Positions 36,426 through 44,436 of a stretch of 64,000 nt of DNA are shown piece by piece. Position 1 is the first letter of the stretch. The number at the start of each line of letters is the position of its first letter. The position numbers and the translations under genes are program-made. The DNA lies in contig CAZLBB010000007.1 in the NCBI GenBank assembly GCA_964557415.1, positions 9,064-73,063 on the forward strand, read 5' to 3'. The notes under the pieces were generated by a model. It did not search any database, was not told the origin of the DNA, and saw nothing but the letters and a program-made list of their open reading frames with translations. Source of the DNA: an uncultured Rhodospirillaceae bacterium (lineage in GTDB: Bacteria; Pseudomonadota; Alphaproteobacteria; JAEULC01).

Positions 36426-37175
36426 ATGATCGCGCCCAGGCTCAACCCGATCGTCGCCATTCCGGCGCGCCTTGCGGCGACGCGGCTGCCGAACAAGCCG
36501 CTGGCCGATATCGGCGGCGTGCCGATGATCGTGCAGGTCTGGCGCCGCGCGACGGAGGCCGGCGTCGGCCCGGTGCTGGTCGCCTGCGCCGATGCGGAGA
36601 TCGCGCGCGAAGTGGAGCGTGCGGGCGGCCGGGCCGTGCTGACCGACCCCGGCCACCAGACCGGGTCCGACCGCATCGCCGAGGCCGTGGCCAAGGTCGA
36701 TCCGGAGCGTCGCCATGACGTGGTGGTCAACGTCCAGGGCGATCTGCCGACCGTCGATCCCCAGGCGATCCGCGCCTCGCTGCTGCCGCTGATGGACCCC
36801 GCGGTCGACATCGCCACGCTGGTCGCCGAGATCAGGATCGAGGAGGAACGCAGCAATCCCAACGTGGTGAAATGCGTGGTTGGCTTCGCGCCGGGCAAGC
36901 GCATCGCGCGCGCACTCTATTTCTCGCGCGCCACCGTGCCGGCGCGCGAGGGGCCGCACTATCACCATATCGGGCTCTATGCCTATCGCCGCGCCGCGCT
37001 CGAGCGCTTCGTCAAGCTGCCGCCCGGCGTGCTGCAGCTGCGCGAGAGCCTGGAGCAGCTGCGCGCGCTGGAGAACGGCATGCGCATCGACGCCGTATTG
37101 GTTGACACGGTTCCGCTCGGTGTCGATACTCAGGCCGACCTGGAGCGCGCGCGTCAATTGCTGGCCGCGCGCTGA
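36426..37175 (+). CDS. kdsB: 3-deoxy-manno-octulosonate cytidylyltransferase (CMP-KDO synthetase)
   Basis: The translation [28 protein letters not shown] ... GSDRIAEA ... NVQGDLP is the KdsB signature. Confidence 0.85.
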   Translation: MIAPRLNPIVAIPARLAATRLPNKPLADIGGVPMIVQVWRRATEAGVGPVLVACADAEIAREVERAGGRAVLTDPGHQTGSDRIAEAVAKVDPERRHDVVVNVQGDLPTVDPQAIRASLLPLMDPAVDIATLVAEIRIEEERSNPNVVKCVVGFAPGKRIARALYFSRATVPAREGPHYHHIGLYAYRRAALERFVKLPPGVLQLRESLEQLRALENGMRIDAVLVDTVPLGVDTQADLERARQLLAAR

Positions 37176-37197
37176 TTTTTTCCGTGCAGAGCCGCCC

Positions 37198-38103
37198 ATG
37201 ACCACGATCAAGAGCGCCCCCAAGGCCGCGCCCGCCGTCGTCGCCGACACCTCGCCGGACAACACGATCGCTTTCCAGGGCGAGCACGGCGCCTATTCCG
37301 ACCTCGCCTGCCGCACCGTGTTCCCGACGATGAACACGCTGCCCTGCCGCGACTTCGCCGAAACGTTCGCCTCGGTCCAGGAAGGCCGCGCGCGCCTGGC
37401 GATGATCGCGGTCGAGAACTCGGTCGCCGGACGCGTCGCCGACGTCTATCACCTGCTGCCGGAATCGCGCCTGCACATCATCGCCGAGCACTTCCAGCGC
37501 GTGGAGCATCACCTGCTGGCGCCCCAAGGCGCGACGACCGAAGGCGTCAGGACCATCCTCAGCCACGTGCACGCGCTCGGCCAGTGTCGCAAGCTGATCC
37601 GCGAGCTGGACGCCAAGGCGATGGTCTGGGCCGATACGGCCGGTGCCGCGGCCGAGGTGGCGCGGCGCGGCGACAAGACCATGGCGGCGATCGCCTCGTC
37701 GCTCGCCGGCCGGCTGCACGGACTCCAGTCGCTGCGCGCCAACATCGAGGACGCCGAGCACAACACCACGCGCTTCCTGGTGATGGCGCGCGAGCCGATC
37801 AACCCCGACGCCGGCAGCGACGTCATGACGACATTCGTGTTCCGCGTGCGCAACGTGCCGGCGGCGCTCTACAAGGCGATGGGCGGATTCGCCACCAATG
37901 GCGTCAACATGACCAAGCTCGAGAGCTACATGCTCGGCGGCAGCTTCTTCGCCACGCAGTTCTACGCCGACATCGAGGGCCACCCCGAGCACACGCCGGT
38001 CAGGCTCGCGCTCGAGGAACTCAGCTTCTTCTCGCGCGAGGTGCGGATCCTCGGCGTCTATCCCGCGCATCCCGCGCGCCGGAAAGGCGCGGTCGACGAC
38101 TGA
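37198..38103 (+). CDS. pheA: Prephenate dehydratase (monofunctional; PDT catalytic + ACT domain)
   Basis: Contains IAFQGEHGAYSDLA ... ESRLHIIAE ... TRFLV, then an ACT region (TTFVFRVRNVPAALYKAMGGFATNGVNMTKLESY). Start ATG at 37198. The ORF-track entry 36880..38103 is over-extended. Confidence 0.85.
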   Translation: MTTIKSAPKAAPAVVADTSPDNTIAFQGEHGAYSDLACRTVFPTMNTLPCRDFAETFASVQEGRARLAMIAVENSVAGRVADVYHLLPESRLHIIAEHFQRVEHHLLAPQGATTEGVRTILSHVHALGQCRKLIRELDAKAMVWADTAGAAAEVARRGDKTMAAIASSLAGRLHGLQSLRANIEDAEHNTTRFLVMAREPINPDAGSDVMTTFVFRVRNVPAALYKAMGGFATNGVNMTKLESYMLGGSFFATQFYADIEGHPEHTPVRLALEELSFFSREVRILGVYPAHPARRKGAVDD

Positions 38104-38133
38104 TCATCGGCGGCTGCCCGCTGGTCCCGGCCG

Positions 38134-39096
38134 TCATCCTTCCTTCATCCACTCCTCGACCAGGCGGCGCGCGATCGAATCGGCGCGCGGCAGGCGGAAG
38201 ACGTCGTTCATCGGGCAGTTCCGCACTTCCTCGCGCGTGAACCAGCGCGCCGACTCCAGTTCGTCCGTGTTGACGTCGGGCTCGACCGGGTCGCTGACGG
38301 CGGTGAAGCCCAGCATGATCGAGGCGGGAAACGGCCAGGGCTGCGACGAGCGGTAGCGGATGTCGCGCACCTTCAAGCCGACCTCCTCCTCGACCTCGCG
38401 CGCGACCGCGTCCTCCAGGCTCTCGCCGGGCTCGACGAAGCCGGCCAGCACCGAATGCTGTCCCGGCGGCCAGATGCGCTGGCGGCCGAGCAGCAGGCGC
38501 TCGCCGTCGGTCACCAGCATGATCACGGCCGGGTCGGTGCGGGGGAAATGCGACGCGTTGCAGTCGGGATTGGTGCAGCGCCGGACATGGCCGCCTTCGG
38601 CAGGCCGCGTCGGCGAGCCGCAGACGCCGCAGAACTTGTTCCGGTCGTGCCAGTGCATCAGCCCGCGCGCATAGGCGAGCAGCGCGCCTTCGCGGCGCTC
38701 CATCAGCGGCCCGACCGCGCGCAGGTCGACGAACCTGGCCCCGCTCGCGGAAACCAGGTCGGCGACGCAGGCCTGGGCCCGCTCCTCTTCCAGGGCCGAC
38801 ACGTCGACGGCGAAATGCGCCGCCTCGTCGAGGAAGCCGAGCAAGGTCGCGCCGGCTTCGGGATCGAGCGCGATGCTGTCGAAGCGGCGCACGAACTCCG
38901 CCACCGACAGCAGGGCAGCGCCGGGCGCCGACCCTTCGACCACCAGGCTGCGCGCGCGCCAGACCGGCACGATGCGCGTGGTGGGCAGCGCCAGCGCCTG
39001 GCGCAGCGCCTCGACGTCGGCGCGCAGGCGATGCGCGCGCTCGATTCCGCCCGAGGCGTAGAAGTTCGCGCGATGGCGATGGTGGAAGACGATCAT
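38134..39096 (-). CDS. nudC: NADH pyrophosphatase, Nudix, NudC-like with a zinc ribbon
   Basis: Zn-ribbon CGVCGSPTRPAEGGHVRRCTNPDC plus a Nudix box (GFVEPGESLEDAVAREVEEEVG). Confidence 0.8.
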   Translation of the reverse strand: MIVFHHRHRANFYASGGIERAHRLRADVEALRQALALPTTRIVPVWRARSLVVEGSAPGAALLSVAEFVRRFDSIALDPEAGATLLGFLDEAAHFAVDVSALEEERAQACVADLVSASGARFVDLRAVGPLMERREGALLAYARGLMHWHDRNKFCGVCGSPTRPAEGGHVRRCTNPDCNASHFPRTDPAVIMLVTDGERLLLGRQRIWPPGQHSVLAGFVEPGESLEDAVAREVEEEVGLKVRDIRYRSSQPWPFPASIMLGFTAVSDPVEPDVNTDELESARWFTREEVRNCPMNDVFRLPRADSIARRLVEEWMKEG

Positions 39097-39169
39097 GGTC
39101 CTGCAAGCGATCGGAACGCGGGCCGGGAAACTCGCACGGCGCGGCCCGCGAGCGCAACCCGTGCGCCGC

Positions 39170-39666
39170 CTAAGGCTCCGCGGGGGCCTTTTCCATGAAT
39201 ATGCTCAGCGGGTCGGGCCGGTACGCGCCGAAGGGCCCGCGCGTGCGGAAGCCGAAGCGGCGGCAGAGCGCGAGGGCGGCGACGTTCCCGGGGCCGGTTT
39301 CCAGCGGGATCACCTGCACCCGCTCGCGCCGCGCCGCCTCATCGATGGCGCCGAGGAGCGCGCGGCCGACGCCCATCCCGCGCGCGGCCGCCGTCACGAT
39401 CATGCGCTTGACCTCGGCATCGCCGGCTCGGCCCCGCAGCAACCCGGCACAGCCGGCCACGCACCCATCAGCCGCGCGACAAAGAAGCGGGTCCCGGGCC
39501 GGTCAAGCGCGTCGACGCCGATCAGATGGTTGCTCCACGGCGGGTAGAGCCCCATGGAGAATGCGTCGGATTCCCGCAGCAGGGATTCGATCTCGGCCTG
39601 CCGCGGCGGCTCTTCGGCAATCATCACCATCGGGCTAGACTGGCATTGGGTCAGGCCCTCGCGCAA
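39170..39666 (-). pseudogene. GNAT-family N-acetyltransferase interrupted by a 1-nt frameshift near 39455
   Basis: The N-terminal half lies in the frame of 39400..39666 and the C-terminal half (AGCAGLLRGRAGDAEVKRMIVTAAARGMGVGRALL, GNAT motif A) in the frame of 39170..39460. Joining them requires a 1-nt shift within CGGCTGATGGG. It could equally be a sequencing error. Confidence 0.55.
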
Positions 39667-39917
39667 TCCAGAGCCGCATATCGCGTCTCGCCGTCCTGTG
39701 CGCCCCCGGTGCGCGGCTGGCGCTGTTCGTCCCGGCGCTGCGCCATCTCGGCACGGCGCGCACGGGCGCCTATTTCTCGACCTCGCCCTTCCTCGGCGCG
39801 GCCCTCTCCACCCCGCTTCTGGGCGAACAGCCGACGGTGCGGCTCGCCCATGCGCGGCTGTGCCATGCGCACCCGCACGCGCCGGACATGCATCACCAGC
39901 ACCGGCACTGACGCCGG

Positions 39918-40895
39918 TCAGGCGCGCCTGCCGCGGAAGGAGCGATAGAGCGCCTCGAACAGCTCGGCGCCGCGCTTGATGCGCTCCGTGTCGTCGGCTG
40001 CGCTCTCGCAGATGCCGGCGACGAGCTGCAGCACGCCGGCCGCCTCGGGCCGCGCGTACTTGCCGTCCTTCAGGTCGATGTCGTGCACGATCTCGGCGAG
40101 CTGGTGCAGGCCTGGATCGTTCGCGACAAAGCGCTGCTGCAACACCTCGAACGTGCAGCGGTCGCCTTCGTGCGTGAACTCGGCATCGAACATGTCGAAG
40201 CGCAGCTCGCCGGCGCGCGGGCTGTAGTCCTTCTCGGAGACGAACTTGAAGCGCGCCCGGGGATCGATGAAGCGCTTGATCAGCCAGGCGGTGGCGATGC
40301 GGTCGACGAACACCTGCGACCGGGTCACCCAGACCCGGCCGCTCGGCCGTGCCCTCTCCGCGCGCGCTTCGGCCTGGTGCTGCGACGCGGGCTTGAGCCG
40401 CGCCTCCAGGCCCGACAGCGCCCCTTCGGCCGGCTCGCGGCCGGCCGCGCCGAAGAAATCAAGCGCCGCCACCTGATCGAAGCGACGCCTGAGCCGCCGC
40501 GTCGCCGCCTCCATCTCGGACGGCTGCTCGGCCAGCTCGTCGAGAATCCGGCGCGCTTCCTCGGTCACGCCGGCGTAGTCGGCATCGCGCGCGGCATCGA
40601 ACAGGCCGCGCAGACCCGCGTCGTCCAGGCCGTGCACGAAGCGCGCCTCGCACAGCACCGCCTCGCCGCCGCCCTGCTCGATCTCGCGACAGACCCAGCG
40701 CAGGTCCTCGTGCGCCTGGTCCGACCGCGGCAGAACGTAGGCCGCGTTCTTGACCGCTACGGCGCCCAGCGCCTGCAGCCGGCGCCAGATCTTGACCCGC
40801 AGGTAGGCCGGCTTCGGCGGGATGTTGTGCAGCAGCATCAGCCAGGACATCGGCGCGGGCGCGGCCATAGCGTCTCCTTGCGGCCAATATAACAA
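39918..40895 (-). CDS. chrB: ChrB-family chromate-resistance protein (regulator/sensor; two ChrB domains)
   Basis: N-terminal ChrB domain (LLHNIPPKPAYLRVKIWRRLQALGAVAVKNAAYVLP) and C-terminal ChrB_C-like domain (VWVTRSQVFVDRIATAWLIKRFIDP). Confidence 0.75.
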   Translation of the reverse strand: MLYWPQGDAMAAPAPMSWLMLLHNIPPKPAYLRVKIWRRLQALGAVAVKNAAYVLPRSDQAHEDLRWVCREIEQGGGEAVLCEARFVHGLDDAGLRGLFDAARDADYAGVTEEARRILDELAEQPSEMEAATRRLRRRFDQVAALDFFGAAGREPAEGALSGLEARLKPASQHQAEARAERARPSGRVWVTRSQVFVDRIATAWLIKRFIDPRARFKFVSEKDYSPRAGELRFDMFDAEFTHEGDRCTFEVLQQRFVANDPGLHQLAEIVHDIDLKDGKYARPEAAGVLQLVAGICESAADDTERIKRGAELFEALYRSFRGRRA

Positions 40896-41012
40896 CTGCT
40901 AGCAACAAAGCCATTAAGAAAGAAACAGTTGCAACATCGATTGTCCAGGTATATAGAGCAGATGTATCATTGAATGCAACAGTGATGATCATGAAGCCAT
41001 CGAGGGCCGCAC
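40896..41012. promoter_or_regulatory. AT-rich divergent intergenic region between chrB and the DUF1127 genes. It carries three GCAAC half-sites, including a perfect GTTGCAAC palindrome.
   Basis: Seen directly in the sequence. This is a marked GC drop in a ~68% GC genome. GCAAC occurs at 40902, 40931 (GTTGCAAC at 40928-40935) and 40976. TATATAGAG lies at about 40950. The function is inferred. Confidence 0.3.
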
Positions 41013-41186
41013 ATGCCCGGCAAGCTCATGGAGTTGCTCGTCATTCTTCACCGCGTTCTGGCGCGCCGCCGGCATCGGCGGGCCCTCGCCGGGCTGTCGA
41101 GGCTGGGCGAGCGCACGCTGCGCGACCTGGGCATCGATCCCGATGCGCTGCGCGCAGAAATGTCGAAGCCGTCATGGCGACCCTGA
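41013..41186 (+). CDS. DUF1127-family small protein (57 aa; 52 aa if it starts at the ATG at 41028)
   Basis: Not in the ORF track (<60 aa). The translation ...RRRHRRALAGLSRLGERTLRDLGIDPDALRAEMSKPSWRP matches the DUF1127 C-terminal signature (basic stretch, DxGLxR, KPFW/KPSW). GAGGG lies 6 nt before the ATG at 41013. Confidence 0.6.
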   Translation: MPGKLMELLVILHRVLARRRHRRALAGLSRLGERTLRDLGIDPDALRAEMSKPSWRP

Positions 41187-41220
41187 CCATGTCGAAGACG
41201 CAAGCACGGGAGATTCGATC

Positions 41221-41436
41221 ATGCTGATGGACGTTCTCTATGCCACGTTTGCGCGCTGCGCCGCCCGCAACCGCGCAGCGCGATCGGGCGGCCTGGCCGG
41301 CGTGCTGCTGTGCTGGACCGAGCGGGCGCGTCAGCGCAACGCGTTGGCGACGCTGGACGCCGACGGGCGGCGCGATATCGGCCTCGCCGCGGGGGCGATC
41401 GACCGCGAGGTCGCCAAGCCGTTCTGGCGCCCATAG
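41221..41436 (+). CDS. DUF1127-family small protein (71 aa), second tandem copy
   Basis: The translation MLMDVLYATFARCAARNRAARSGG ... RARQRNALATLDADGRRDIGLAAGAIDREVAKPFWRP. GGGAG lies 7 nt before the ATG. The ORF-track entry 41143..41436 is an over-extension. Confidence 0.6.
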   Translation: MLMDVLYATFARCAARNRAARSGGLAGVLLCWTERARQRNALATLDADGRRDIGLAAGAIDREVAKPFWRP

Positions 41437-41445
41437 GGGACGGCC

Positions 41446-42390
41446 ATGAGCTACCGCGTCGCACCGCTCGACGTCACCCCGGCCTCGCTCGACGGCCTGT
41501 CCGAGCGGCTGATCGTCAGCCACTACGAGAACAACTACGGCGGCGCCGTGCGCCGATTGAACGCGATCGCCGCCGAACTCGCGCGGCTGGACCCGCAGGC
41601 GGCGCCCGGCTTCCAACTCAACGGGCTCAAGCGCGAGGAGCTGATCGCCGCCAACTCGATGCTCCTGCACGAGCTCTACTTCGCGAGCCTGGGCGGCGGC
41701 AGCGGCGATCCGCCGGCGGCGCTGGCGGCGGCGCTTGAGCGCGACTTCGGCAGCGTCGCGCGCTGGCGCGCGGAATTCAGCGCGATGGGCAAGGCGCTGG
41801 GCGGTGGCTCGGGCTGGGTGCTGCTCGCGTGGTCGTCGCGCGACCGGCGCCTGGTGAACCAATGGGCCGCCGACCACACGCACACGCTGGCGGGCGCCCG
41901 GCCGGTCCTCGCGCTCGACATGTACGAGCATGCCTATCACCTCGATTTCGGCGCCCGCGCCGGCGCCTATGTCGACGCGTTCATTCGCAATATCGACTGG
42001 GCTTCGGTCGAGCGGCGCGTTCAGGCCGCGGCCGGCATCGCCGACGAGCCGCGACGCCATGACGCGGAATCGATCGCACCCGAGGATCTCAGTGCGTCGC
42101 TGGCCGCCGGCCGGGCGCCGCTCATCCTCGACGTGCGCCGGCGCCGGGCCTTCGATGCCGGCGCCGACATGATCCAGGGCGCCGCTTGGCGCCAGCCGGA
42201 GATCGTGGCCGACTGGGCCGACACGCTGCCGCGCGGCCGCGAGGTCGTCGTCTACTGCGTCTACGGCCACAACGTCAGCCACGACACGGTGACGGCCCTG
42301 CGTGCCAAAGGCATCGATGCCCGCGCGCTCCGCGGCGGTATCGCGGCCTGGCATGCGATCGGCGGGCCGGTAGGCGGCAAAACCGCGTGA
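41446..42390 (+). CDS. Fe/Mn superoxide-dismutase-like domain fused to a C-terminal rhodanese (sulfurtransferase) domain. The SOD-like part resembles ChrC.
   Basis: SOD C-terminal motifs are conserved (GSGWVLLAW; DMYEHAYHLDFG ... FIRNIDW). In the N-terminal motif, VSHYENNY replaces the canonical FHHxKHHxxY. The rhodanese domain has the active-site Cys loop VVVYCVYGHNVS. Confidence 0.75.
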   Translation: MSYRVAPLDVTPASLDGLSERLIVSHYENNYGGAVRRLNAIAAELARLDPQAAPGFQLNGLKREELIAANSMLLHELYFASLGGGSGDPPAALAAALERDFGSVARWRAEFSAMGKALGGGSGWVLLAWSSRDRRLVNQWAADHTHTLAGARPVLALDMYEHAYHLDFGARAGAYVDAFIRNIDWASVERRVQAAAGIADEPRRHDAESIAPEDLSASLAAGRAPLILDVRRRRAFDAGADMIQGAAWRQPEIVADWADTLPRGREVVVYCVYGHNVSHDTVTALRAKGIDARALRGGIAAWHAIGGPVGGKTA

Positions 42391-42433
42391 TCGGCCGCGC
42401 GACAGCCAATATGGTCCTTGACGGGGGAACGCC

Positions 42434-42928
42434 ATGAAATGGATCACGCGCGAGCGGCCGAAGATCGATCGCATCGCTTGTCCCTGGCTGGTCGCGCGCT
42501 TCATCGACCGCGCGCCGGAATTCCTCTACGTGCCCGCGGGCGCGGTGATGCGCGAGGCAACGGCGCAGAGCGCCATTCCCTACGACGTACCCGAGGTCGA
42601 GCTCAGCCATGTCGGCGAGAGATGCAGCTTCGACGCGTTCCTGTCGAAATACGGTCTCGACGAGCCGGCGCTGCGTCAGCTCGCGACGATCGTGCGCGGC
42701 GCCGATACCGGGCGGCCCGATCTCACCGCGCAGTCGGCCGGGCTGCTCGCGGTTTCGCTCGGCCTCTCGCGAGTCTTCAGGGACGATCACCAGATGCTGG
42801 CGCACGGCATGGTGCTCTACGACGCGCTCTATGCCTGGTGCCGCGAGGCGCAGGGCGAGACGCATGGCTGGCCGCCGGCCGATTGGCCGAGAGCCGTCCT
42901 CGATGACGCGGAGCCGCCACGCGTATGA
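42434..42928 (+). CDS. ChrB C-terminal-domain-like protein (standalone)
   Basis: The translation ERPKIDRIACPWLVARFIDRAPEFLYV parallels the C-terminal domain of the chrB product. Its stop overlaps the chrA start (ATGA). Confidence 0.6.
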   Translation: MKWITRERPKIDRIACPWLVARFIDRAPEFLYVPAGAVMREATAQSAIPYDVPEVELSHVGERCSFDAFLSKYGLDEPALRQLATIVRGADTGRPDLTAQSAGLLAVSLGLSRVFRDDHQMLAHGMVLYDALYAWCREAQGETHGWPPADWPRAVLDDAEPPRV

Positions 42929-44289
42929 CGCATGCCGCCGCACCGGTCCCCTTTCGCGATGCGCTGCGCACCTGGGCCAAGATCGGGCTCCTGAGCTTCG
43001 GCGGGCCGGCGGGACAGATCGCCACCATGCACCGCATCCTGGTCGAGGAGAAGCGCTGGATCGGCGAAGCGCGGTTCCTGCACGCGCTCAACTACTGCAT
43101 GCTGCTGCCGGGGCCCGAGGCGACGCAACTCGCCGCCTATATCGGCTGGCTGCTGCACCGCACGCTCGGCGGCATCGTCGCCGGCGTGCTGTTCGTGCTG
43201 CCGGGCGCCTTGGTGATGGTGGCGTTGAGCGCGCTTTACGCCGGCTATCGCGATCTGTCCGCGGTCGACGCCGTGTTCTTCGGCATCAAGGCGGCGGTGC
43301 TGGCGGTGGTGGTCGAGGCTGTCCTCCGCATAGGCCGGCGCGCGCTCGGCAATCCCGCGCGCGTGGCGCTCGCGGCGCTGGCGTTCGTCGGCATCTTCCT
43401 GTTCGCCGTGCCGTTCCCGCTGATCGTGCTGGCGGCGGGGATGGCCGGCCTGGTCGGCGCGCGGGTCCGGCCGGACTGGTTCGCCAACGGCGTCGGACAT
43501 GGTTCCGCCAAGGGCAAGCCCGTGCTCGACGCGCTGATCGACGAGAGGCTGCTGACCCATGTCGATCCCACGCCGGGCCGCGCGCTCGGCGTGCTGCTGG
43601 CCTGGGGGGCCATCTGGGCCGCTCCGGTCGCGGTTGCGGGCCTCGTGCTCGGATCGAGCCACGTGCTGGTGGCCGAGGGCCTGTTCTTCTCCAAGGTCGC
43701 GGTGGTCACCTTCGGCGGCGCCTACGCGGTGCTCGCCTACGTCGCGCAGCAGGCGGTCGAGCACTATGCCTGGATCGGAGCCGGCGAGATGCTGGACGGT
43801 CTCGGCATGGCCGAGACCACGCCCGGGCCGCTGATCCTGGTGCTGACCTTCATCGGCTACTTGGCCGCCTACCGGCTCGGCGCGCCGCTCGATCCGGCTC
43901 TGGCCGGCTTGCTGGGAGCGGCCCTGACCACCTGGGTGACGTTCGTTCCCAGCTTCCTGTTCATCTTCCTCGGCGCGCCTTATGTCGAGCGGCTGCGCGG
44001 CAACCCGGCCGCGGCGGGGGCGCTGTCGGCGATCACGGCCGCCGTGGTCGGCGTGATCCTCAACCTCGCCGTCTGGTTCGCCCTGCACGTGGTGTTCCGC
44101 GACCACGTGCCCTGGCGCTTCGCCGGGATGCAGGTCGACCTCCCGGTCGCGTCCTCGCTCGACCTGCCGGCCCTGGTGCTCGCAGGCGGCGCGATGCTGG
44201 CCATGCTGCGTTTCAAGCTCGGCATGATCCCGGTCCTGGCCGGGGCGGCGGCACTCGGTCTCGGCTGGCGCTATGTCACAGGGACTTGA
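42925..44289 (+). CDS. chrA: Chromate ion transporter ChrA (long form, two CHR domains)
   Basis: 454 aa. The translation IGLLSFGGPAGQIATMHRILVEEKRWI ... GPEATQLAAYIGW, with the repeat VAVVTFGGAYAVLAYVAQQ ... TPGPLILVLTFIGY, gives the tandem CHR-family signature. Confidence 0.85.
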   Translation: MTHAAAPVPFRDALRTWAKIGLLSFGGPAGQIATMHRILVEEKRWIGEARFLHALNYCMLLPGPEATQLAAYIGWLLHRTLGGIVAGVLFVLPGALVMVALSALYAGYRDLSAVDAVFFGIKAAVLAVVVEAVLRIGRRALGNPARVALAALAFVGIFLFAVPFPLIVLAAGMAGLVGARVRPDWFANGVGHGSAKGKPVLDALIDERLLTHVDPTPGRALGVLLAWGAIWAAPVAVAGLVLGSSHVLVAEGLFFSKVAVVTFGGAYAVLAYVAQQAVEHYAWIGAGEMLDGLGMAETTPGPLILVLTFIGYLAAYRLGAPLDPALAGLLGAALTTWVTFVPSFLFIFLGAPYVERLRGNPAAAGALSAITAAVVGVILNLAVWFALHVVFRDHVPWRFAGMQVDLPVASSLDLPALVLAGGAMLAMLRFKLGMIPVLAGAAALGLGWRYVTGT

Positions 44290-44436
44290 AGATATCCGAA
44301 AGGCGGATCGCGATTCCCCCTTAACTCGCGCGACCGTTTTGTGCCATTGTGAAATAAAAAATGCCACGGTGATGTAAAGAACGATCCCGGGCCGGGTGCG
44401 CCGGCCGGGCGCGAGAGGGCAACCCGAGGAGGAAAC

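Noticed and set aside
44340-44400. Possible sigma-54 (TGGCAC-N5-TTGCA) promoter upstream of the TRAP operon
   Set aside because: Only GTGCCA (the reverse-complement orientation) and isolated TGCCA repeats are present. No correctly oriented -24/-12 pair was found.
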